Part shown: positions 48,805 to 64,000 of the stretch, one piece after another
Numbering within the stretch: the first letter of the stretch is position 1
How the letters are laid out: each line of letters begins with the position of its first letter
Source: Nitrospirota bacterium
GTDB taxonomy: Bacteria > Nitrospirota > JACRHL01
Assembly (NCBI GenBank): GCA_029858285.1
Contig: JAOUFN010000012.1
Location: 3,470-67,469, forward strand
Length of the DNA: 64,000 bases
Direction of reading: 5' to 3'
Translations under genes and position numbers: made by a program
Notes under the pieces: model-generated
Told to the model about the DNA's origin: nothing
Databases searched by the model: none
The model's input: only the letters and a program-made list of their open reading frames with translations

Positions 48805-50433
48805 ATGAGCCAGGAAGTTCACTACCTCAAGATCACCCGGCCTACCCCCGAATGGTACGACGCCAAGCGCGCCTACGAGGTCATCGACGCCTACAACACC
48901 GGCGCCGGTTCCTCCCAGCGTGCCGACGAATTCGTGGCCAATTCCGTGGTGCCCGCCGCCACCGGCAGCCTGCGCGATTTCTCCTACATCGCTCCGGACC
49001 TGCCCGAGTTGATGGCCGAAAACTGCGTGGGCTGCATGGATTGCGTGCAGAACTGCCCGGACACCGCCATCTTCGGCAAGGTGGCCACGCGTGGCGAACT
49101 GGACTCCACCCTGGCCCAGTTCCCCGATGGGCAGCGCGGCCTTCTGGGCAGCCAGTTTGTGGAAACCGCCAAGTATTTCAAGGCCTTCGAGAAGCGCCGT
49201 GAGAAAGACGGCTGTGGCCCAGAGGGCGCCATGTTCGGCATCTTCATTGATCCCACCAAGTGCAAGGGGTGCGGCGAGTGCGTGGAGGTCTGCGGTGACC
49301 GTCAGGCCCTGAAAATGATCAAGAAGACCCCGGACAACCTGCCGGACTACTTCGCCATGTGGCAGTTGCACAACCGCCTGCCGTCCAGCCCCACGGATTA
49401 CATTAACCCCAAGGTGGCGGTGGACAACATGCTGTTGCCCATGGCCAACCAGCAGTACGTCGGCGGCGCCGGTTCCTGCATGGGTTGCGGCGAGGCCTCG
49501 GTGATCCGTCAGGCGCTGGCGGCCACCTTCGAGCGCGTGGGCGAGAACTATGGCATCGTGGCCGCTACCGGCTGCCAGACCGTGTATGGCTCCACCTACC
49601 CGTTCAACCCGTTCTCGGTGCCATGGACCAACTCCCTGTTCGAGAACGCCCCCACCGATGCCATGGGCATCCGTGCGTTCTGGGACGAGACCGGACACGG
49701 CGACCGCGTGCTGTGGGTGTTCGGCGGCGACGGCGCCATGAACGACATCGGCTTCCAGGCCTTGTCGCGCATGCTCGCCAGCGGCATGAACATCAAGGTG
49801 CTGGTGTTGGACACCCAGGTGTATTCCAACACCGGTGGCCAGACCTCCACGGCCTCCTTCATCGGCCAGGAAGCCAAAATGAGCATCCACGGCAAGAAGG
49901 ATCAGGGCAAGCTGGAGCGCCGCAAGGAGCTGGGGCAGATCTGCATGATGCACCCCAACACCTTTGTGGCCCAGACCGTGGGACCCATGACCGGCCACTT
50001 CTACAAGGCCGTCAACATGGCCTTGGACCACAACGGACCTGCGGTGATCAACGTGTTCACCACCTGCCAGCCGGAGCATGGCGTGGCCGACGACATGGCT
50101 GCCGCCCAGGCCAAGCTGGCGATGGAGAGCCGGGCCTTCCCGATCTTCATCTACAACCCGGACGGGGGCCGCACCATGCGGGAAAAACTCTCCCTCATGG
50201 GCAACCCCAGCGTGGACCGGGACTGGGCCGTCAAGAAGCGCAAGGACGGCTCCACCGAGACCGTCTCGTTCCTCGATTGGTGCCGCACCGAAGGCCGCTT
50301 CAAGAAGCACTTCGGCAAGAATGGCGAGCCCACCAAGCTCCTGGTGCAGAGCCAGCAGGAGCGCCTCGAGAATTGGTGGCAGCTCCAGGACCTGGCCGGA
50401 ATCCTCAACAAGGATCACGACAACAAGGCCTGA
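48805..50433 (+). CDS. Pyruvate:ferredoxin oxidoreductase, ferredoxin (2x4Fe-4S) + TPP-binding beta polypeptide
   Basis: CVGCMDCVQNCP, CKGCGECVEVC, GSCMGCGE, NSLFENA, GGDGAMNDIGFQ, VYSNTGGQ and CQPEHG motifs. Confidence 0.9.
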   Translation: MSQEVHYLKITRPTPEWYDAKRAYEVIDAYNTGAGSSQRADEFVANSVVPAATGSLRDFSYIAPDLPELMAENCVGCMDCVQNCPDTAIFGKVATRGELDSTLAQFPDGQRGLLGSQFVETAKYFKAFEKRREKDGCGPEGAMFGIFIDPTKCKGCGECVEVCGDRQALKMIKKTPDNLPDYFAMWQLHNRLPSSPTDYINPKVAVDNMLLPMANQQYVGGAGSCMGCGEASVIRQALAATFERVGENYGIVAATGCQTVYGSTYPFNPFSVPWTNSLFENAPTDAMGIRAFWDETGHGDRVLWVFGGDGAMNDIGFQALSRMLASGMNIKVLVLDTQVYSNTGGQTSTASFIGQEAKMSIHGKKDQGKLERRKELGQICMMHPNTFVAQTVGPMTGHFYKAVNMALDHNGPAVINVFTTCQPEHGVADDMAAAQAKLAMESRAFPIFIYNPDGGRTMREKLSLMGNPSVDRDWAVKKRKDGSTETVSFLDWCRTEGRFKKHFGKNGEPTKLLVQSQQERLENWWQLQDLAGILNKDHDNKA

Positions 50434-50537
50434 CGTTCGCGCCGGATCCCGCTTGGCCGGGATCCGGCGGTCCGTCGGACCGGGGCCTTGTCCCTCCCCG
50501 GCCTGCGCATTCCCCTGTCATCAGGAGGTACCTGCTC

Positions 50538-51353
50538 ATGAAGCGTCTGCGCGACAAGCTAATTGCAGATTTGACCCATCCGCGCCCCCTTACCGATCAG
50601 GTGGTGAGGGCGTTGATGGACCGTTGCGAGTTGCAGAGCAACCAGATTGCCGCCTTCCTGCGGGAGCGGGCTGCCGATCTCGAAGAGGCGGAGCTCGACA
50701 CCATTTTCTCCCCCATGTACACCCCATCGTGGAGCGACCGCGCCCGCTATGTGGAAGAGCGCGAGCGGCTGGATCTGTCCCCGGCGGTGCTGACGGCGAT
50801 CATCGAGGATCTGTCCCAGGGCGGCCTGTGCGCGGCCTACCTGTACGAAGAGGAGATGGTCAGCATGCCCCTGCCCGAGGTCATCATCGACCGTTGGGTG
50901 CGGCGCCTGCACCTGGAGGTGACCCTGCCGGAACGGATCTCTCAGGCCATTGAGGCCACCATCCCCACGGATCATCAGGCCGAGGTCAAGGCCCTGTCCG
51001 GACACGCAGACTGGCACCGCGATGGCCGCGAGGAAATTCTGCTGGCGTTCCTCACCGGTTTCGCCCGCAGCGGGCGCTTTGTGCCGGAAAAATTCGAATA
51101 CCTCACCGGCCTGATCCACACCTACCGGCCACGGGACGTACACCACTTCGCCCAGCAGATCGAGGCATTGCTCCAGTCCTACCACGAGGAGAACTCGGAG
51201 CACTTCTTCGATTCCCACCTCAAGGAGGCCTATGGCCCGGCAGGGGGCATCAACCCGGTGCGCGATACCTACGGCGCCGATCGCAAGCGGCAGATGGCCC
51301 TGGCCACCCAGTTGCAGCACGACCTGTCGGAATACCTCACCACAGCCCCCTGA
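50538..51353 (+). CDS. Hypothetical protein downstream of the PFOR genes
   Basis: 271-aa helical-looking ORF with a strong AGGAGG RBS and host-like codon usage. Confidence 0.75.
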   Translation: MKRLRDKLIADLTHPRPLTDQVVRALMDRCELQSNQIAAFLRERAADLEEAELDTIFSPMYTPSWSDRARYVEERERLDLSPAVLTAIIEDLSQGGLCAAYLYEEEMVSMPLPEVIIDRWVRRLHLEVTLPERISQAIEATIPTDHQAEVKALSGHADWHRDGREEILLAFLTGFARSGRFVPEKFEYLTGLIHTYRPRDVHHFAQQIEALLQSYHEENSEHFFDSHLKEAYGPAGGINPVRDTYGADRKRQMALATQLQHDLSEYLTTAP

Positions 51354-51782
51354 GATCCGGCTCCCCCGTCGCCAACGGCCGGAGTTGCGGCTGGAGGGGG
51401 GAGCGAAAGATTTTCCCCCGGCTTTTTTCCCGATTTTTCTTGCTCCGTAGAGGGGAAAGCGCGTGGCATCACCTCCCGGCATCGGGAGCCGATCATTACG
51501 AATATTGGGCATTTTTCCGCAATTTTTCGTGGTCTGCGGCGGGGTTTTCATGCTCTTTTTGTGGGCTTTTCTGCCCGCTCCCTCCCCTTCCTCCCATTGT
51601 GGATAACCCGGGTAATCTGCTAAATTGTGCGGCAGAGGCACCGTCTGTGGCCCGCCAGCCAGCGGGCCACACCCTGGGCCGCAGCGGGCGGCATCCCGGC
51701 GGGTCCGGATGGGGGTGAGCGGTGGCGGCGGATTGCCGTGGACCCGGAAATCATTTTTTGACACTGGGGGCCCCGAGGGGAG

Positions 51783-53852
51783 ATGGACGATCAGGTGCGG
51801 CAACCCCAATCCGCCAACCCTTCCGCCGATGGCGGCTGGGGGGCGGTGCAGGACGCCCTGGCCCAGGCGCTGGGCATGGCGGTGGGCCGCTGTGATCGGG
51901 CCACCCCCCGGGACTGCGCCAGCGTCTCCCTCGACAGCCCTATCTGTCACCTGCTGCGCCAGCACCCGGAGGCCGCGGTGCGGTGTGCCGAGCAGTGCGA
52001 CGAGGGCATTGAGATGTCCATGCGGACCGGGCGCACCCAGTTGTTCCAATGCCACGCCCGCCTGTCGGTGTTCATCACCCTTCCTGATTTGCCCAACGGC
52101 ACGCGCCACCCCCACTCCCAGGCCCTGATCGGCGGCCGGACGTTCTTGTCCTACGAGGAGGTTCACCGTTTTCGGGCCTATGCCGATGAACTGGGGCTGC
52201 CCACCGAGGCAGTGGAAGCGCTGATTCCCGACATCCGCGTGGTCACCCTGGCTCGGGTCAAGGAGGCACTGGAGCAGGTGCGGACCGTCGCCGGCGCAGT
52301 GATGGCGCTGGAACGCCAGTTGGGGGAATCCCGCGAGCAGGCCTCGCGCCTGCGGTACCTGATGGAGGTGTTCGGGGGGCTTGAGGGAGAATCCCCGGAG
52401 GAACTCGCCAACGCCGCGCTGAACGGTCCCGCCGTGGTCTTTGACGCCACCGCCGGGGTGGTGCTGGAGCGCCCCTCCGGCAGCGACCGCTATGTGGTTA
52501 CCAGCGTGTTTCCCGGCAAGGGCAGCGCGTTTTCCGGTGACGCTCTGGGCGGCCTGGAGATTGCTGCAACCGGCTGGCTGGACCGCGCCGCCCAAGGCGA
52601 GAGTGGCAGCCGCTTCGACTCGATTTACGACATGCTGCGCGCCGGGTTTCCCGCCGAGACCACCGGGGTGGAACTGTTCCCGTTTTCGACCCCCGGCCAC
52701 ACCCGCGTGGTTGTTCTGCTAAACACCCCGCTGGAGGACGATGCGCGGGTGGCGATTACCCTCTATGTCCGCCACGCCGCCCTGCTCACAGAGCGCCACT
52801 CCGCCCAGTTGCACGGCGAAGATGACACCCTTGGCGGCATCCCGGAAATTGCCCCGGCTCTGTGGGAAACCGATGACTACGACGCGTTGTGTGCCGGCGT
52901 GTTGAAGGGGGCCACCGCCTGCCTGGAGGCCGAACAGGGTTCGGTTATGCTGCTGGATGACAAGCAGGAATCCCTGTCGATCCGCGCCATCCAGGGGGTG
53001 AACATCAAATATGTGGAGTATGTGAAGCTGCGCCGTGGTGAGGGAATTGCCGGCATCGTCCTGGAGCGGGGGGAGCCCCTGCTGGTGGAGGACATCGCCG
53101 AGCATCCGGAATTCCGCAGTGGCATCCGCGCCCGCTATCGGGGCCGCTCGTTTTTGAGCGTGCCGATTCAGCTCAACGATTTGTCCCTGGGGGTAATCAA
53201 CGTCACTGACAAGCGCGGCGGTGGGGTTTTTACCCGCCGCGACCTGCGCCGTCTGTTGGCCATCAGCCACCAGGCCGCGCTGGCCATCGACCGCATCCGC
53301 ACCCGGGAACAGACCGAGGAGCTGCGGCGCGCCACCATGACCGACTACCGCTCCGGATTGCTCAACGCCCAGGCTTTTGACCAGCGCCTGCAGGAAGAGG
53401 TGGAGCGCGCCCAACGCTACCCTTATGCCAGCCCCCTGTCCCTGCTGGTGGTGGACATTGACCATTTCAAGCACATCAACGACAACTTCGACTACCTGGC
53501 CGGGGACGACTGCATCGTTGCCTGTGCGCGCCTGTTGCAAGCGGGCACCCGTACCATCGACTCGGTATTCCGGCGCGGCGGCGAGGAATTTACGGTGATC
53601 CTGCCCCACACCGGGCGGGAGGCTGCGGTCAAACTCGCGGAACGCCTGAGGCAGTCCATTGAAGATCACCGGGTGATCACCCCCCACGCCCCGCACCCGC
53701 TGTCATTCACCGTGTCCGGCGGGGTGGCCACCTTCCCTGAGGATGGCGAGAGCGCCATGGGGCTGTTCCAGCGCGCCACCCAGGCCCTGCACGTGGCCAA
53801 GAAGACCGGTCGCAACAAAGTGCTGCCACTGCCCCCCAACCTGCCGGTATAG
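51783..53852 (+). CDS. Sensor diguanylate cyclase (PocR-like + GAF + GGDEF)
   Basis: N-terminal C.LLR...RC...FQCHA PocR-like motif, GAF GEGIAG.V...GEP/SFLSVPI/GVINV, DIDHFK.IND, RTID I-site, GGEEF. Confidence 0.9.
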   Translation: MDDQVRQPQSANPSADGGWGAVQDALAQALGMAVGRCDRATPRDCASVSLDSPICHLLRQHPEAAVRCAEQCDEGIEMSMRTGRTQLFQCHARLSVFITLPDLPNGTRHPHSQALIGGRTFLSYEEVHRFRAYADELGLPTEAVEALIPDIRVVTLARVKEALEQVRTVAGAVMALERQLGESREQASRLRYLMEVFGGLEGESPEELANAALNGPAVVFDATAGVVLERPSGSDRYVVTSVFPGKGSAFSGDALGGLEIAATGWLDRAAQGESGSRFDSIYDMLRAGFPAETTGVELFPFSTPGHTRVVVLLNTPLEDDARVAITLYVRHAALLTERHSAQLHGEDDTLGGIPEIAPALWETDDYDALCAGVLKGATACLEAEQGSVMLLDDKQESLSIRAIQGVNIKYVEYVKLRRGEGIAGIVLERGEPLLVEDIAEHPEFRSGIRARYRGRSFLSVPIQLNDLSLGVINVTDKRGGGVFTRRDLRRLLAISHQAALAIDRIRTREQTEELRRATMTDYRSGLLNAQAFDQRLQEEVERAQRYPYASPLSLLVVDIDHFKHINDNFDYLAGDDCIVACARLLQAGTRTIDSVFRRGGEEFTVILPHTGREAAVKLAERLRQSIEDHRVITPHAPHPLSFTVSGGVATFPEDGESAMGLFQRATQALHVAKKTGRNKVLPLPPNLPV

Positions 53853-53903
53853 CAGCGGCGGGGGCCGTTCCGTGGGGGCCGTTTTGTCGCAGCCGCTCCA
53901 GCT

Positions 53904-54035
53904 CACGCCCTCCGGCACGCCCTCCGGCACGCCCTCCGGCACGTCCTCCCGCACGTCCTCCGGCACGTCCTCCGGCACGTCCTCCGGCACGTCCTCCGGC
54001 ACGTCCTCCCGCACGTCCTCCGGCACGTCCTCCCG
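53904..54035. repeat. Tandem repeat, 11 x 12 bp CACG(C/T)CCTCC(G/C)G
   Basis: Counted directly: 3 x CACGCCCTCCGG, then 8 units of CACGTCCTCCGG/CACGTCCTCCCG. Confidence 0.95.
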
Positions 54036-54386
54036 CATTATCCCCTCCCCGCCAGGCACCCTCCCTTCTTTCGGCAGGCTGGAAGGTGACCTATGGCTCC
54101 CGATTGTCCTTCCGCAGGCCTTTTTTCCGGTTGGACACGCCCCAACCGGGGGAACAGCCGGGGGGATCGGTCTGGAGAAAAGCGCTCTATAGGGATCGAT
54201 AATCCAGCATTCCTCCAATCACACATTAATCCGATCTCCCTATGTCGTTTTTTTGGGGTGATACCGGATACAGCCCCCGGGCAGGTCTCTGCCGGCATCT
54301 GGGGGCGGATCGCGTGGTGCATGGAGGCCTATAGCTGCCCGTTACCCGTCCGTATTCCCCATGCACCGCCGCTGCACACCAAACGG

Positions 54387-54424
54387 AAACGGCCCGTCCC
54401 CCGGAAAGGGAGGCGGGCCGTTTT
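54387..54424. terminator. Hairpin terminator downstream of rpoC (possibly bidirectional)
   Basis: AAACGGCCCGTC/GGCGGGCCGTTT stem flanked by A and T runs. Confidence 0.65.
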
Positions 54425-54482
54425 CATGTGTGGAGCCAATCCGAAACCCCGGCGGGCGGGGCGTTCGGCAGGGCCACGGGGC

Positions 54483-58688
<4,206 letters not shown>

Positions 58689-58777
58689 GTGCACTCCGCG
58701 TAACGTGTAATCGACCGAAAATCGCGGGGGGTGGCCATTTGCGGCCTCCCCCCGTCCATCTGCCGGGGGGGGACCGA

Positions 58778-62731
<3,954 letters not shown>

Positions 62732-62769
62732 GTTTTCTCCCTACCCGCGCCATGCCCATAAAATACGCC

Positions 62770-62803
62770 GTACGCGGAGGGGCGGGACCACCCCTCCGCG
62801 TAC
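62770..62803 (-). promoter_or_regulatory. Perfect 13-bp hairpin between rplL and rpoB (attenuator or processing site)
   Basis: GTACGCGGAGGGG-8 nt-CCCCTCCGCGTAC at the position where the rplL-rpoB attenuator occurs in other bacteria. Confidence 0.55.
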
Positions 62804-62836
62804 CGGAAATCCGCCTTGCAACGCAAGGTGCGCGGG

Positions 62837-63220
62837 CTACTTGACCTCGACCTGGGCGCCAGCTTCTTCAAGCTTCGCCTTGACGCTGGCGGCCTCATCC
62901 TTGGAGACGCCTTCCTTGACCGGCTTCGGCGCGCCGTCTACCAGGTCCTTGGCTTCCTTCAGACCCAAACCGGTGAGTTCGCGCACCACCTTGATCACGC
63001 CGATCTTCTTGTCGCCGGCGCTCAGCAGGATGACATTGAACTCGGTCTGCTCCTCGACCGCGGCGGCACCACCGCCACCGGCGGCCGGAGCGGCCATCAT
63101 CATCGGAGCGGCGGCGGACACGCCGAACTTCTCCTCCAGGGCCTTCACCAGGGTGTTCAGCTCCAGGACGGTCATTTCTTCGATCGCAGTGATCAGCTCA
63201 TCAGCAGACAGCTTGGCCAT
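62837..63220 (-). CDS. rplL: 50S ribosomal protein L7/L12
   Basis: [19 protein letters not shown] and [20 protein letters not shown] motifs. Confidence 0.99.
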   Translation of the reverse strand: MAKLSADELITAIEEMTVLELNTLVKALEEKFGVSAAAPMMMAAPAAGGGGAAAVEEQTEFNVILLSAGDKKIGVIKVVRELTGLGLKEAKDLVDGAPKPVKEGVSKDEAASVKAKLEEAGAQVEVK

Positions 63221-63285
63221 GACTCAAACATTCCTTCCATTTCAAAAATGCAGCAAACCAGATTTCAATTCGGGGGCCCTTGCGC

Positions 63286-63804
63286 TCAGGCCGCCTTCTT
63301 TTCCGCCACCGCGGAAAGGGCGTACACCAGATTGCGCAGCGGTCCCGCCAGCACGTTGACCACGCCCGAGATGGGTCGATTCATCGAACCCACCAGCTTG
63401 GCGAGCAATTCCTCACGGCTGGGCAGATCGGCGATCTGCTCCACACCGGAAGCGGTCAGCACCGAACCCTCGATGAACCCGACGCTCACCTCGAAGCCCT
63501 TGGCTCCCTTGGCGAACTCCTTGACCGCCTTGGCGGCGGCCGCCGGATCGCCGTAGGCGAACACGATGCCGACGGGCCCGCGCAGATGCTCCGCGAGGGC
63601 TTCGGCCTCGTGCCCCTGAAGCGCCCGGCGGGCGAGGGTGTTCTTCACCACCCGGAAGCTGCCGTTGGCCTTGCGCAATTCCGACCGCAGTTCGGTCAAT
63701 TGCGACATGGCCAGGCCCTTGTACCCGGCGACGATGGTGAAGTTGGCACGGTCGAACTGGTTCCGAACGAAATCGACGACGTCTTCCTTCTTCGTACGAT
63801 TCAC
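63286..63804 (-). CDS. rplJ: 50S ribosomal protein L10
   Basis: YKGL...LR, VVKNTLARRA and LPSREELLAKL motifs. GTG start after GGAG inferred. Confidence 0.97.
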   Translation of the reverse strand: MNRTKKEDVVDFVRNQFDRANFTIVAGYKGLAMSQLTELRSELRKANGSFRVVKNTLARRALQGHEAEALAEHLRGPVGIVFAYGDPAAAAKAVKEFAKGAKGFEVSVGFIEGSVLTASGVEQIADLPSREELLAKLVGSMNRPISGVVNVLAGPLRNLVYALSAVAEKKAA

Positions 63805-63849
63805 GTTCCCCGACTCCACATGAGAGTTACCGTTGTAAACGATGGTGGA

Positions 63850-63960
63850 TGGGGACAACCGTCCGTTTTGCAAAAAACGTTGTCCCGGCCCCTCCATCTC
63901 GGTGGGTGGGTCGCCCCTTTACGCCGGTCGGCACACCGCCCGGCACCCACTGTCTTGGAT
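63850..63960 (-). promoter_or_regulatory. L10 leader (ribosomal protein leader RNA)
   Basis: Minus strand reads CCAAGACAGTGGGTG...GTAAA...CCCACCGAGATGG, matching the AGACAG/TAA/CCGAG pattern, directly upstream of rplJ. A second hairpin lies at 63852-63886. Confidence 0.85.
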
Positions 63961-64000
63961 GGCCCCGGTTTCCCGGAGGCCGGATTCGCTGCAGGCTCTC

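Noticed and set aside
49485..50537. N-terminal extension of the 622-aa ORF
   Set aside because: An off-frame overlap with the PFOR beta gene. The real start is ATG 50538 after AGGAGG.
53904..54035. Possible CRISPR array
   Set aside because: Head-to-tail 12-mers with no unique spacers and no cas genes.

Overview
High-GC bacterial core-genome window. rpoB/rpoC, the mre-mrd-radical SAM-rng operon and the 6S-rarA-rny-ymdB-xseA order look Nitrospirota/Deltaproteobacteria-like (an impression, not a computed placement). In order: partial TIGR03545-like gene, methyltransferase, argE, an argA with an N-terminal XRE/Cro-type helix-turn-helix, TauE permease, TupA-like binding protein, a yciB-M16 pair-glyoxalase cluster, methyltransferase/peptidase/beta-propeller genes, Zn-ADH, recN, trxA, a 34-aa orphan membrane peptide, surA-like gene, mreBCD-mrdA-rodA-TIGR03960/TIGR03936-rng, FAD oxidoreductase, trmL, M23 peptidase, 6S RNA, rarA-rny-ymdB-xseA, LysM lipoprotein, tas, a small Zn-finger protein, a low-GC scar, a pentapeptide protein, divergent two-subunit OGOR (korAB) and split NifJ-type PFOR operons with an uncharacterised partner gene, a PocR-GAF-GGDEF cyclase, an 11-copy 12-bp tandem repeat, and rplJ-rplL-rpoB-rpoC with an L10 leader. 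The best candidate for an undescribed system is the HTH-ArgA fusion: a palindrome overlaps its predicted sigma70 promoter, suggesting an arginine-sensing self-repressing enzyme. No CRISPR array, rRNA, tRNA or intact mobile element was seen. All family calls come from motif recognition by eye.
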